From Octopus sinensis (taxonomy: Eukaryota), in the NCBI RefSeq assembly GCF_006345805.1, contig NC_043001.1, forward strand, positions 2,356,001 to 2,420,000: a stretch of 64,000 bases of DNA, in the 5' to 3' direction. Positions 25,958 through 40,253 of this stretch are shown here, piece by piece. Position 1 is the stretch's first letter, and each line of letters opens with the position of its first letter. The translations under genes were made by a program, and so were the position numbers. Under the pieces are notes generated by a model. That model was not told where the DNA came from. It was given only the letters and a program-made list of their open reading frames with translations, and searched no databases.

Positions 25958-26900
25958 ATATACAGTTCTATATTTAAGAGATGAGGAATTATGTACATTA
26001 TTTACATTTGACAGATATTTGTCCTCATCTTGTTTGTTGTTAACACAACATTTCGGCTATTTCCTTTCTTTCCTTAATACCGGTTCCCATATGCTGCCCA
26101 TATCTGCACTCGGTCTGCTAAGGAGGTTGTTGTGTCCTAGCATATGTGCTGATGCTTTTAGTTTTCTCATTTTCCAGTGGTGTTCTCTGTGTATTATTTT
26201 AACTTCATCCCACAGGGGGAGGTGGTCTCCATTTTTCCATACATGATCAGCTATACCCGATTTATCAATATCTCCTCGTGTCACAGCTTTGTGATGTTCC
26301 TCTACCCTTATTTTGTGGGGGTGGCATGTTTCACCTTTGTATAACCTACCACAGCTGCATGGGATGGAGTACATGCAGTTCTTAGTCATATTCTCTTCTA
26401 TTGGTGGTTTTACTCAAAGGAAATATTTTGAAGTGTTGTATTACTCTTGAATACTGTCCTGATGTCATATGGACCGCATATCTTTTGTATCTTTTCGGAG
26501 AGGCCTTTCACATAGGGTAGGTTGGCCTCATCCTCTCTCTTCTTCATAATTGGAGTGGATAGTATATGCTTTTGGGGTAGTTGTTGCTTAATAGATTGTT
26601 ACTGAGCTTGATCATTTCTTTGTGGTGTGTATCACGATTGCTCCTTATATTCTTTGCTCGATGTTTTAGGCACTGAGCAATCCCTCTCTTTACACTGTAT
26701 GGATGGTGGGAATTGAAGCTGAGATATCATTCAGTGAAGGTCGGCTTGCTACCCATTATTATTTTTATTATTACTATTATTTAGGTCACTGCCTGGAATC
26801 GAACTCAGAATCTTGGGGCTAGTAGCCCATGCTCTTAACCACAATGCCATATACCCGTGGCGTAGTGGTTAAGAGTGTGGGCTACTAACCCCAAGATGCT
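25958..26900 (-). mobile_element. PLE (RT C-terminus plus GIY-YIG) with tRNA-like 5' module and H2-type 3' end
   Basis: LPYVKGLSEKIQKIC and CMYSIPCSCGRLYKGET...EHHKAV...KSGIADHVW at 26057-26755. 3' end 25958-26057 matches H2 arms and keeps only the GAAA half of the HHR. Self-inverted tRNA-like module at about 26783-26900. Confidence 0.9.
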
Positions 26901-27089
26901 AGCCAATTGCACACAGGAATGGTACTAGGAATTTGGTAGCATCAGAAAATCATGGGATTGAGGTCCAGTGTAGCTACGCAGAAGATGTGGTTGGTGGGGA
27001 ATGGGTGGAAAGGAGAATAAAGTGAATGGATGAGGATAATGAGTTAAATAGTTTGAAAGCCAGATTAAGTCACTGGGGTATAATGTTTA

Positions 27090-27300
27090 TCTTTTATCTT
27101 TTACACACCTTTCAGGCATTAAGCTGTGGCCATGCTGGGGCACTGTCTTGAAGAATTTTTAGCCAGATCAATCGATCTCAGTACCTGTGTTGTAAAACTT
27201 GGTACTAATTCAATTAGTCTCTTTTGCTGAATACTAAGTTATGGGGATGTAAACACACCAACACTGGTTGTCAAGCAGTGGTGGGGAACAAACACAAACA
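27090..27300 (-). mobile_element. SINE family A, 3' part
   Basis: Reverse match to 54230-54410. Confidence 0.65.
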
Positions 27301-27434
27301 CAAGGCTGTGTTAGCATCGTGCCGCTGGGCACCGGAACACGTTTTCAAGACCTTCTATTTATAAATGTTCTAAAATCTACACAGCCTTAGTTTGTTACAT
27401 ATGCAATGGGCTTCTTTCAGTTTCTTTTTTCTTA

Positions 27435-27660
27435 ATTACCCACAAAGAGCTCAACACAGAGGGGACAAACAAGGACAGACAAAGGGATTAAGTTGATTAC
27501 ATCGACCCCAGTGCATAATTGATACTTAATTTATCGACCCCGAAAGGATGAAAGCCAAGGTCAACTGTGGCGGAATTTGAACTCAGAACATAATAGCAGA
27601 CGAAATACCACTAAGCATTTCAGCTGGCACACTAACGATTCTGCCAGCTCACCACCTTTA
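27435..27660 (-). mobile_element. tRNA-derived SINE family B
   Basis: Same body and head as 1970-2203. Confidence 0.8.
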
Positions 27661-27815
27661 GGCACCTGAAAGGCTTCTTTCAGTTTCTGTCTACCAAATC
27701 AAGTCACAAGTCTTTAGTCATTCTGGGACTACCGTGGAAGACATATGCATGCTATGAAACTGAACCCAGAACCATGTGTTTGGGAAGTAAGCTTCTTACC
27801 ACCCAGCCACCCCTG
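27660..27815 (-). mobile_element. SINE family A, 5' part
   Basis: Reverse match to 54002-54160 (tRNA-like head). Confidence 0.7.
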
Positions 27816-28189
27816 TGCCTATGATTAAATCATATTTGTAACAGAATGGAATAAAATAGAAATGTTAACACACGCATGCTCTTTCTCTTCAATATAGATA
27901 CATGTAATATGCATGTAGCCATACATGTAATATGCATGTAGCGATACATGTATAACCTGAAGGTGCAACTGGTGTGAGTAATGTTAGCCAAGGGGTTGGA
28001 AGAATGAAAACGAGTGAATGGCAAGACTGGCTTGGATAGAATTTCTCTCTGGCTTAGAATATGATAAGCAGCATGGGACCAACTGTACGTGTGTGTGTGT
28101 GCGTGTATATGTGTGTGTGTATGTGTGTGTGTGTGTGAATGCTGGACCTGCTTGAAGCTATGAAGTTAAACTATGATGTCAACGTCAAT

Positions 28190-28285
28190 AATGACAATGA
28201 TCAGGATGATGATGATGATGATGATGGTGATGACGACGACGACGACGACGACGATGATGATGATAATGATGATGGTGATGATGAC

Positions 28286-28322
<37 letters not shown>

Positions 28323-28330
28323 GTGATGAT
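28190..28330. repeat. (GAT)n/(GAC)n microsatellite
   Basis: Directly visible. Confidence 0.95.
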
Positions 28331-30366
28331 GCCAACAGTCCTGAAGCCAGTATGTTCTTCATGCAATGCCGTATTCCTTCGTACATGTCCACTGGCACAA
28401 GTTAGTTACATAAACAACAACAACAACAGCAATAACAACAAGATGCATTTGTAGCATTTAAACGTCAACACAAACAGTTGCGGATGTGAAAAGGTCAACT
28501 GTGGGTTCTTCAGCGTTTCTTCCTTCAGAGACTTTGCAAGTTGAAGAATGTTTCTCTGGAATGAAGACTCCAAAGACCAAAATATAAAATTACATAATAC
28601 ACACACACACACACATGCACCCACCCATACACACACATGTCTATATAAGCATTTATATATATACATACATACATATCTATATACATGTATATATATATAC
28701 ATACATACATATCTATATACATGTATATATATATACACACACACATACACACACACAAATACACATATATACATATATATGTTCATATACATGTATTCCT
28801 ATATTTATACATATACACTTCTATGTGCATACATGCATATAGAGATGTGTGTGTGTATGCATGCATGTATGCATGTATGTGTGTGTATGTATATGTGTGT
28901 GTGTATGTATATATGTGTGTGTGTGTGTGCATGTGCTTGTGTGTACGTATGTATGTATTAGGAGGACGCATTTATTTGCTGAAGTGTAAAAATGACGATA
29001 ATTCTGGGTCATTTGTTTTACTTTCAAGAATCTGATTTGGGCAAAAGATGAGACGGACATCGTTTTAGTAAAGGTTGGCTGATGAAACAGTGTTAATGTG
29101 GAACTTTAATGAAAACGACCCTGGCTGACCCCGGCTCCGATTAGAAACAAGTCTTTTGGGAAATGTTCTAAAAATGATTAGTTCTATATTACTTCCAGAA
29201 GATAAAGATGACAGATAGATAACAGTCTCAACATATCTTCAAAAATTATGACAATGCTTGCAAAGACCATTGCCGTGGTTACCGACGTCATCATCATCAT
29301 CATCATTACTCAGCCTCCTGCTCATCGTTATCCCCACCATCACCTTCATCATTATCATCAATGTCGTTTTCCTAACCCCCCCCCCATTATCCTACCGTCA
29401 TCGGTACCACCTTTATCACAAACACCGTCATCTGCATTGTTGTTGGAATTGTCATCTTCATCATCAGCATCATCATCGTCATCGTCAGCCTCATCAACTT
29501 CCTCACTATTATTGTCACGACCCTCTTGTCTTGGAGTACAATCAGGAGGTAATTCCAAGTGGAGTGACAAAATTGGTTTTGGCCGAAACCAGATTTAGAT
29601 TTGGAACTTCTGGAAGTAAGAAGTTGCGGTTGAAGATTTTACCAAAGACAAGTTTGGGAGAGGAACAATTACCATTCCATTTAGCAGATGCCTCCATTGA
29701 AGCATCATCACCATCATCATCATAACCACCACAACTGCTACCACCTGCACCACCACTCACTACTACAACCACCATCATCCCCACCACTACGACCACCACC
29801 ACTGCCATTATCATCATCGTCATCCTATTTGTCAACAAATGTATCTGGTTAATCTCATACAATCCTCTTACGAACAAACTGTCGCTGTTACAGGTTCAAG
29901 CTTGATACTATAGACTCAAGTGTGACTGAATGGTCACAAAAGGGGACACTCTTCTGATGAGGGATAGTTGACCCTGCTTAACAGATCCACAGGAACTTGT
30001 TATTCCATACACTTACAGCATTAGGGGCCTTTATTATGGGATGGGCAGGCTTATGGCTTCAGCCTTGTTGCAACCAAAACTTTTAAAGGATTTCTTTCGT
30101 TTTCTTTGTATCCTTCATTCCACAATTTTAACATGCTTTTCTTTTTTTTTTGTATTTCATGTAAATATATTCATTAAACGCACATCTCTCCATGCTTTTC
30201 TACTTCTATATCAGAATGTGTGTGTGTATACATTGCTTAACTCTTGGCTATTGCAGAAGACACTTACATGAGATGGCACCACAGAAAGTATATAATGATC
30301 TTGTAGCAGTGGTTCAAAACCTAACTGAGAACTACTTTGGTCAGATACAACAGGTGAAGCATCATT

Positions 30367-30480
30367 GCTTCATAGGAGTGGTCTATAAATTGACCAATCA
30401 GCATGCTTCATAGGACTGGTCTATAAATTGACCAATCAGCATGCTTCATAGGACTGGTCTATAAATTGACCAATCAGCAT
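30367..30480. repeat. 38-bp minisatellite, 3 copies
   Basis: Unit GCTTCATAGGACTGGTCTATAAATTGACCAATCAGCAT starts at 30367, 30405 and 30443. Confidence 0.95.
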
Positions 30481-31149
30481 GTGGCTGTGGCATGATGTGG
30501 TTTTCTTAAATATTCTTCTTTTCTCCAATAAAAAAGCATTTTGGTACTCAATCACAGAATCTCAAAGGCAGACACCTGACTCACATGCCTCCACTCTTGC
30601 CTCTCAAAGGCTCACATGCCTCCACCTGACTCACACACCTCCACTCTCGCCTTGTTGATTGTTCTGGGCATTTACGCAGACAGCTTCAGATCCATTCTGA
30701 ACACCCACACAAGGTCTCAGAATTAACTTCCACAGACACAACATGGTTTTTTTCTCTTCTCTCTCCCATTCAGCAAACATTTATGTTGTCCATTGTAAAT
30801 AGCCAACACTAAATACTTTTATGTCCGGCAATAAATATTTCAGTCAAATGTTTGGGAATTTACTTCAGTTAATATTCACGCGGCTAACGGAATATATCTT
30901 CATTGACCAATACAACTTGGTCAGTGACAAGCAATTGGTGACAGACTAAAACAAAGAATTTAACAATGTTCGCCTCACTCTGCCTCACTAACAAGAGATG
31001 CTATCATCGATGTTCACCTGTTTATCATACTGTCATCATCTTGAGCCAATGATAGAGACTTTACTCAAACAAAAATCTAAGAATTGAACTTGTTAACCTT
31101 ACAATCATGCCTGAATCTTAGACTCTGCTTGTTTTGATTGTCACAGGAT

Positions 31150-31150
31150 C

Positions 31151-31182
<32 letters not shown>

Positions 31183-32345
31183 CATTTAGTGTCCGTTTTC
31201 CATGCTGCCATGGGTTGGACGGTTTGACTGGGGACTGGCACGCCAGTAGGCTGCAATCTGATCTGGCAAGGTTTCTACGGCTGGGTGCCCTTCCTAATGC
31301 CAACCACTCCAAGAGAGTGTAGTGGGTGCCTTTTACATGCCACCAGCACAGGAGCCAGTCGTGCAGCACTGGCATCGACCCCAGTCAGATGGTGCATTTT
31401 ATGTGCCACCAGCACAGGAGTCAGTTGTGTGAGAGTGGGGTGGGGGGGGAGGCTGGCATCTGCCACGTTCAAATGGTGTCTTTTACATGCCACCTGCACT
31501 GGGAGCCAGTCAGGTGGCACTGGCATTGGCCACAACTACAATTTCCATTTTGATTTCGATTTTACTTTGATTTTTGATTGATTTTACTTGACTTAATAGG
31601 TCTTCTCAAGCACAGTGTATCACCTGACAATTCATGGGTACTTTTAAGTGGGTTGGTTATGCAACACTGGTATTTGGCCATGGCTGTGGTTTTCCTTTCC
31701 TAGCCAGGTCATGATTCAATATCACTTGACTCAACAGGTCTTCTCAAGCACAGTGTATCACCCAACGATTCAAGGGTACTTTTAAATGGGTTGGTTATGC
31801 AACGCTGGCATTTGGCCATGACTGTGATCTCACTTTACTTCCTGGATTTTATCAATCACAGTATATCTCCAAAGGTTTTGGTCTCTTGTCATTGTGAGGC
31901 CCAACGTTCAGAGGTCTGCTTCACCACCTCATCCCATGTCTTTCTGGGTCTCCCTCTTCTATGGGTTCCTTCCACTCTTGGGGTGTGACACTTCTTCACA
32001 CAGTTCTCCTCATCCATAAGCAGCACATAACCATACCAGCACAGCTGTCTCTTGCACACCGCACCTGATGCTTCTTATGTGCAACACTTCTCTCTGGGTG
32101 CTTACACTCTGCTGTGTATGCACACTGACATTTCACATCCAATGGAGCATAGCAGATTCATTTCTTTCAAGCCTACGCATGTCCTCAGTAATTACGGCCC
32201 ATGTTTCACTGCCATGTAGGATGGCTGTTCGCACACATGCATCATACAGTTTACATTTCACTCAGAGCAAGAAGTCCTTTGTTACCATCAGAGGTAGGAG
32301 CTTTCTGGACATTGCCCAGGCTATCCTAATTCTAAACAACAATGT
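31150..32345 (-). mobile_element. RTE LINE 3' end (ORF C-terminus, repeat-containing 3' UTR, (GAT)n tail)
   Basis: RIRIAW...KLYDACVRTAILHGSETWAV..EDMRRLERNESAMLHWM. UTR carries an approximately 129-bp direct repeat (about 31597 and 31725). Confidence 0.85.
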
Positions 32346-32932
32346 CACCACTGGACCCTAGGGTGACATAAATAGAGTTTCACATTCTGGTCATCCTGGA
32401 AACTAGGTTTCTATTCTCAGAATAATTCAATGCTTGGCTTCTGGCTACAGAAACCCTTAACTTATGATTCCTTCACTGCTTAAGCGCAACACGAGTTTCA
32501 AAGTTGCACACATGGGACGCTGCTTCTAGTTTGTATAGGGTTGGAAACATTTTACATCTATTCCACCATGAGAAAAGAATATCTTATTTTAAAATATCCA
32601 ACATTTACATCATTTAATACCATTTAATATCATATATATATACGTGTGTATGTGTGAATGCATGTGTGTATGTGTATGTGTTGCATATGTGTGCATGTGA
32701 ATGGGCGTCTCTCTGTCTCTTTCTCTCTCTATCTCTCTATTTCTCTCTCTCTCTCTCTCTCTCTCTCACTATATATATATATATATATATATATACATAC
32801 ATAAATATATATTATGTGTGTATGTGTGTGTGAATACATACATACATATATGTCAGTGTGTGCATTCATATGTGTGTATGTGAAGAAACATGAATGTTTA
32901 TGTATGTATGTATGTATGTATGTATGTGTGTT

Positions 32933-33006
<74 letters not shown>

Positions 33007-33718
33007 ATATGTAAGAATGCATATATGTTTACATCTTCGTTATCTTGCTTTGCTTTTCCGTTTGTTCTTGAGTTCCATGCTGTGTTTTAATTTTCAACTT
33101 CCACAACTGAAATAAATCTTGAATGAAGCCATGTACCCAATTATAGTTGAACTGCTTTGCCATGATAAGAAAATAGTCGAATGTTAAACATTTTGCATGA
33201 CATGTTTATTCCGATAGGACTGCAATAGATTTGTGTTATCATTTGATAGAAAGTCTCTGATCTCTAATGGCAATGAAAATCTTTAATTAATCCTTGTAGG
33301 TTTTAAACCAGAATCGTAGCTGTATTTCAGGAACAACAAATCATAACTTTCCAAAGTGAGAGGTGTTAGTAGTCTAATTGTTACAGTTCTGTTTTCTCTG
33401 CACATGAAGGTCACAAGTTCTAATTTTGTTGATAATATTTTGATACTTCTTGGGTTTTTCATATAGAGTACTCATGCTTCTCAGCAGCTCAATATATTTG
33501 ATTTTAGTTGGGTAGGAAACTGACGGGGTTGGTATAGTGCTAGACAAAAAAATCATTTTTGATTTTACTCATTTGAAGTAATTCAAATTTTTTTTTGTGT
33601 TGTTTTCATCCTATTACAATATTTATTTTCTTGTCATTTTTAGAGTGACCGATGGTTTCACATCTACAAAGGGTGTAACCCCATGGATGGCTCATCAAAC
33701 TCTAAAGCTGAAGATAAA

Positions 33719-33778
<60 letters not shown>

Positions 33779-33984
33779 TTCTCTGAATGTGTATATATAT
33801 ATATGTATATATATATATATAGGGAGAGAGAGAGAGAGATAATTGTATAGAATATAATTATAATTAAGGGTACAGTAGCAACCATGCCTATATGCTGAAA
33901 ATAGACACCATGAATTTTACCAAATAGGTTACCATTTTACATGCGCCCATTGAAAAAAATTCATTAATTTTAACGATTTTATTC

Positions 33985-34094
<110 letters not shown>

Positions 34095-34219
34095 TGTGTG
34101 TGTGTGTGTGTGTGGTGTGTGTGTGTGTGAGTGTGTGTGATGTAAAATCTTTTGGTTTGGCTGCTTTTTTCTCCCTCCATCTTTCTTCTCCCTCTTTTTT
34201 CTCTTTCTCTCCCTCCGTT

Positions 34220-34264
<45 letters not shown>

Positions 34265-34674
34265 CACTCTCTCAAAGAAAAGATCAGTTCCCAAACAGCT
34301 TTATTCTCTTCTCACTACAGACATATTCTGTTCTTCAAAGTAATTCAAATCTACACATTTCATGAAATAACCAAAACCCGATTGCTGTTTTGACTTCGAG
34401 AGGACATTAGCAAAATTCTTCCTTGTAGAGAAAACATGACTGTAAAAGACTGGAATTTCTGATGATATTGGTCATTAATATGTCGAAGCCTTTGGTCATT
34501 GCTTCAAACCAATTCTACTCAGTCTGGCACTCAAGTCAACATTGATTTTCTATCAGATTTCTCTGGAATGATTTGTTTATTGTCATAGAACCACCTGAGA
34601 ATTTACCGGTCTTCTGTTACAGCTATATTGTGTAACACACTTCAAGTATTTGCATGCCATATATCTATATCTAC

Positions 34675-34748
<74 letters not shown>

Positions 34749-35779
34749 GTATGTATATATATATGTATATATACACACACACACACATATATATATGTAT
34801 GTATGTATATAATATATGATATATATATAATATATATATATATAGAGAGAGATACACATATACATATATATGTATATATATATATATAAACACAGATATA
34901 TATATACATACATATATATCTACATGTGAATACATTCATGGGCACAAACATATATGCATAAACATTTACATATATAAACACATACACACACAAGGATATA
35001 TATATATATATATATATATAGATAGATAAATACATACATATACACACATATATATGCATGTACACATATACACACATGTGTATATGTATAACTATATATA
35101 TATATATATATATACAAACATATATTTAAGAATGCATATACACAAGAATCATAAAATTGGTATAACATTAAAATGCCATCATAATCACAGAAATGACTTC
35201 ATTGTCATCGTTCTCATCACTTTCACGCTCCCCCTCATCCTCATCATTATTATATCCATCATCATCATCATCATCCTAATTATCATTGTCATCATATAAT
35301 TATTGTCGTCATCATCATGATGATCCCCATCATCATCATCATCATCACCATCCTGATTACCATCGTCATCTCCACCACCATCATTGCTGTCATCATTAAC
35401 ATCATCATCACCACTATCGGCATTGTCATCATCATGAAAATCATCATCATTGTTGATGTTAAGTCAATTACATCAACCCCAGTGCATAACTGGTATTTAT
35501 TTTATCGACCCTCAGCATTATTTGACCTCAGAATGTACAAACGGACAAAATGCCACAAAGCATTTTACCTGGTGCTCCAACGACTCTGCACCCCGCCCTG
35601 CTGCCTTTTGTGTGCTTGGCTATAAAAGTCTTATGTATAGGGGGGGGGTATAGGCTTTGTATGAACATATGAATGTGTATGAATGCGTGCAATGTTTGTG
35701 TGTGTGTGTGCATTTATGCATGTGTATTTCCTTTTTTCAATTTAAAGTTGAATTTGACCAGCTGACCTGGTTGGTAGCA

Positions 35780-35900
35780 TGATTGTGGTGGTGGTGGTGG
35801 TGGTGGTTGGTGGTGATGGTGGTGGTGGTGGTGGTGGTGGTGGTAGTGATGGTGGTAGTGATGGTGGTGGTGGTGGTGGTGGTGGTGATGATGATGATGT
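35780..35900. repeat. (GGT)n/(GAT)n microsatellite
   Basis: Directly visible. Confidence 0.95.
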
Positions 35901-35934
35901 TGTTGCTGTCTACTTTATTGGTCATCTTCTTTCA

Positions 35935-36175
35935 CTTTCCGTTTCCCAAATGCACCCACAAGGCTTTTTGATTGGCTCAGAGCTGTAGCCGAATTCAATT
36001 GCCCAGGTCCTGATGGAACTAAATCCAAATGCACTTGAGGCACTGTACCGTTTCCACCAACAAAATTCTGCCAAAATGCAGAAGACCTTGGTCAACCCAC
36101 AGCTACAATAGAAGACTCCTGCTCAAAGTACCACATGCTGAGATTGAACCTGAAGCCATGTGGGTGAGAAGCAAA
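35935..36175 (-). mobile_element. SINE family A-like 5' part, diverged
   Basis: Reverse similarity to the head of 54002. Confidence 0.55.
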
Positions 36176-37039
36176 TTTCTTAATCCTTGCCTTCAAACAA
36201 AAACACCCAAGAATATTTGATCAGCCCATGTTGTAAAGGCATTCCCTTGTCATTTTTCCCTATCATAAATGCAATGAACCATGAAGGGGACCATTGAGAA
36301 CCTGTAACTAACCCCAACACTATTGTTCGCGAAATACAATATAGAACTTTCAAACCATAAACACCAGCCAGGGAGGAAAAATAAAAATAACAAAACACAC
36401 CTAAAAATATAAAAAGTAAAATCTCCATCAAACTATATTCTGCTCTCATTAGATTTACCATGAAAATCAATTGGTTTAGAATATAGGTTGTTTAGTTTTA
36501 TATAGTTTTTCTGAAATAATGATCTGGAGTGAGAGTGTTGTTGGCAAACTACCAGAGTGGCTCGCACATCAAGACTCTTATTAATTGAATTCTACACTCG
36601 CTTCACCTGGAAACCTCCTGATCTGTGCACACAAGTTTCGTTCATAGAACAGCTTCAATTTTCAAATATATGTTATACAATACACACACACATACACACA
36701 CATACATATAAATATACATATTTATTATAATATATACATATATATATATATATATATTTATATACATACTGTCACATATATCCTATTGCATATATTACAT
36801 ATATAGAGAGAGAAATACACACACACACACACACATATATGTATGTATGTATGTATGTATGTGTGTATGTGTTTTCCTGTCGTATTGTGAGGTTTTATGA
36901 TATCTAAATTTATTTCAGTTCTAAATTACTGTGTTATGCATTATATACCTTGTCTTTGTCTTCGTTGTCATTGTCATCGTTGTCGTTGTCGCTGTAGTCC
37001 TCTTCTTCCTCCTCCTCCTTCTCGTCATCATCATCATCA

Positions 37040-37260
37040 TCGTCAACAACATGTAATGCCTATGAGTCCATGTTGGTATGGCTTGGGTGGCTTGACAGAA
37101 CCCGATGGGTACAAGAACTGCATCACACTCCAGGGTATGCTTTGGCATGCTTTCCACAGCTGGATGTTCTTCTAACCACTTACCTGTGTATCCAGGGTGG
37201 GTGCTTTATACGTATGACCAACACTGAGGCTGTCCTGTGGGTTACAAGACCATGAGCCCC
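37040..37260 (-). mobile_element. Degenerate RTE-tail copy
   Basis: (CAT)n followed by CCATGTTGGTATGGCTTGGGTGGCTTGAC; similar to 31180-31330. Confidence 0.55.
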
Positions 37261-37389
37261 AGAGAGGTGGGAGATGAGATGCACGGAGAAGGGAAAGCAA
37301 AACATGTGTAGCTTTTTGAGAGATGAAGTCAGAAGCGAAACAAATTTCCTGCTGCAGAACAGTTACATGGCTTCTCATATTTTAGAAGA

Positions 37390-37800
37390 GAGGATGAGAG
37401 TAATTGAGTGGAGTCATAGATTCATGGTTGGGGAGAGTAGGTGATGACTGGCACTGCTCTGCAGTAGAATAGCAATGATACAGCAGTAGACAGGAGAAAG
37501 ACTGGAGAGGGTTGATGTTGCATGCATTGCAGGAGTGGGTGGAAAAGTAAGGGGTGGGTAAAGTGCAGAAGACGGATGAAGGATGTATGGAATAGGAGGG
37601 GAGGATAATAGTTGAATGCCTGGTGGGTGGGGTGGTCATTGAATGTTTGGTGAAGAGAGCAGCCTTAATGGAAGAATGGGGATAACAAGTGAAACAATTC
37701 TGTGTAGTAAGAAAAGTAAATTGTGTTGAGGGAGGGCTGTGGTTAAGGCAAGTTGAGGAGGAAAAGAATTTGTAAAAGGCCCAGTTGTACATCTCTATAC
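37390..37800 (-). mobile_element. Possible CR1/Jockey-type LINE linker fragment
   Basis: Weak similarity only (WAFYKFFSS...KAALFTKHS). Confidence 0.3.
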
Positions 37801-37959
37801 ACACACAACTCAACCAGAACTCAAATATTCTCACAATTAAAGATTTGCAAGCAGTATGGAGGCAGATTATAGATCTTTACATTGAGGTGTAAATTATTTC
37901 TTTACTGTGGTGGCTTAAGATAATCTGACTCTCAGAGAAACGGTCAGGTGTTTTTTCCA

Positions 37960-38800
37960 TTTTCCAAATATGCTATTAAATACTTCTGCCAGCAATTTGC
38001 ATGTTTTTGCTGAATATTTCAATAAAGAAGTTTAAAATTTTATCAATTTTCTGATGTCTTTTAGCTGATCTTTTTCTGTGGGGTGGGGTTGTTCTGTTTA
38101 GGTTTCTTCTTCAATTCAGATGGCCATTTACAATTGTTCATTTGAAGGACTTGATGTTTTGAATAATCACGTTCATGCCGATCCCTTCACAGACCATATT
38201 CCTCCCAACAATTCTTCTTGCTTTGTTGTTGGCACTGCACATTGATTTCTGTTTTATTTTTACCTAGTTCTGGATAAAATTGTTTTGGATTGCAAGTGAA
38301 CTCTTTGTTTTGTTCAAAGAATTGAGGTTGCTTTTCATAGCAATAGAAATTGTCGATTTAGAGAGAATCTCTTGTTTCAGGCGTTCTTTGATTTCAGCTA
38401 CTTTTTTGTGTCACATTATATTCCTCGAATATTTTCTGTCCCTTTTGTTTTATCATTTGCATCTTTTCTTTATTAATTTCATTAACAACTAAAAGATCTT
38501 TTCCATCATTTTGCCATCGTTTTCTGCAGGTTTGTTAACCATGTTTCCTTTGTAAATACTGTGGCAACTGCGTAGGTTATTTGGTTTACTCTGGTGATAT
38601 TCATGTTTGTGTCTGTTTTTATTGTTGTTGCTTCTTTATCATGAAGTAGTAACTTTTTTAAAGGATTTCGTTGGTCCACAGCAAGATTTTCAATCGATTT
38701 TAGTTCTTTAACTATTTCTACCTTGAGATTATTGCTGTATTCATGATTTCCATCTTTAGAATTTTCTATTCTTAATACTTTTTCATATTCCCCTTTATTT
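37960..38800 (-). mobile_element. R4/Dong-like (RLE) LINE pre-RT region, decayed
   Basis: NITRVNQITYAVATV, ERLKQEIL and YEKQPQFFEQNKEFTCNPKQFYPELGK resemble R4-clade ORF N-terminal motifs. Confidence 0.55.
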
Positions 38801-39547
38801 CACAAGAAAACTATTTTCTTTTTCATTTGCAAAGAAACAAAATAGCTTCTTCAAGTAGGAACGCCCTCAAAAAAGTTTTGAACCAGAAAGAACAAATTTT
38901 CATGGTGTAAAACAAAAAAGAAAGAGAGACACAAAAAAGAAAAAATGAACAACATATTTGTAATAAGGCACACAGATTCTGACAAAAGAAACGGTGATAC
39001 TTCTGCAGACAGCAATGTTAGCAAGAACATTTCCAGTGACAATTTTGACAATAATATCAACAAAAGCTACATCAAAACCTCACACACATTTTGTTGAGCA
39101 AACATGTTTATGTCAATGGAAGCAGTTCCACTGTTGTTGCTAGAGTAAGGCTATTCTGGACATAAATCAAACACTTGGCAGTCTTCATTACAAAAGACAG
39201 TGATTCCATGCATAAGAAATTTATCCAAGAAAGGGCAATGAGGAAACTAGCATTCTTTGTCTCAAGAAAGTAAAACGGCATTCTGTGATCCTTAAACGAC
39301 CAATTAAAAGAAAAGCTTTTGTTGATGTATGGGGCTGTCTGCTCTTCATTGAGCACGGTTGGAGATACAGAAATACCTGCCATTCTTCAGCTACAAGGGT
39401 GAGGCCAAAAAAATTGGTGCATCACACATCATCTCATTATCTCGTATCACAATTTAAGGGTCACAAGTCATATCTATTGAATGTTGTATTGACCCTGCCA
39501 TGTTGCTACTTTAACTGTACTTTAACTGTACACACACAAACACATGC

Positions 39548-39582
<35 letters not shown>

Positions 39583-39604
39583 CACACACAGATACACACA
39601 CACA

Positions 39605-39740
39605 CAACAGGCTTTTCACAAATCCACTCCTAAGGCTTTGGTTGACCTGAGGCTATAGCAGTAGATCCTTACCTAAGGTACCATGCAGTGGGATTGAACC
39701 CAGAACCATGTACTTGGGAAGCAATTTTCTTACCACACAA
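39605..39740 (-). mobile_element. SINE family A, 5' part
   Basis: Reverse match to 54002-54140. Confidence 0.7.
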
Positions 39741-40253
39741 TAAATTTACAGATACAGTGTTAACCTGCAATGTATTTAATCAACAATCCCATAATTCCTG
39801 AATTAATTGGAGTTTATTTCTGTAGTTGCTAAACTTTCTTAAAATAGAACCATTTTAACTCCTGCTGTTCTCAAAGACAAATGTGATGACAGGGAATAAA
39901 ATATTTATCAATGGATTGATAAAGCATATATCCATGTTACTGGGCCCTCTTTCTCTTCATAACGAACACATTAAGTACTTAAATACTTAATTTAATACTT
40001 AAATTGATTAATTCAATACATTAATTTCTCAGCTTAGAGAATATATTTAATACTTAAATATTTAATTCAATGCTTAAATTCCTCAGCTTAAAGAATATAC
40101 GATTCTGCCTATTTTAGAGACCATTGTGCATGCATAAATGTATACATATACGTGCCCCACCCACACACACACATATCTACATAAACATATGGTTCATAAT
40201 TAAACAAGAAAACCAAAGTCAGAGGCAGTGATAGAACAACAAACAGGGTAAAA

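Noticed and set aside
28100-29700. Possible minus-strand exons around (GAT)n tracts, including an acidic ORF
   Set aside because: Low-complexity origin, frame breaks, no homology recognised.
29950-29985. CTGATGA-GGG...CCC
   Set aside because: No GAAA after the stem. The same applies to the minus-strand site at about 7765.
30367-30480. CRISPR-like array
   Set aside because: Repeats are contiguous with no spacers, the context is eukaryotic, and no cas genes are present.
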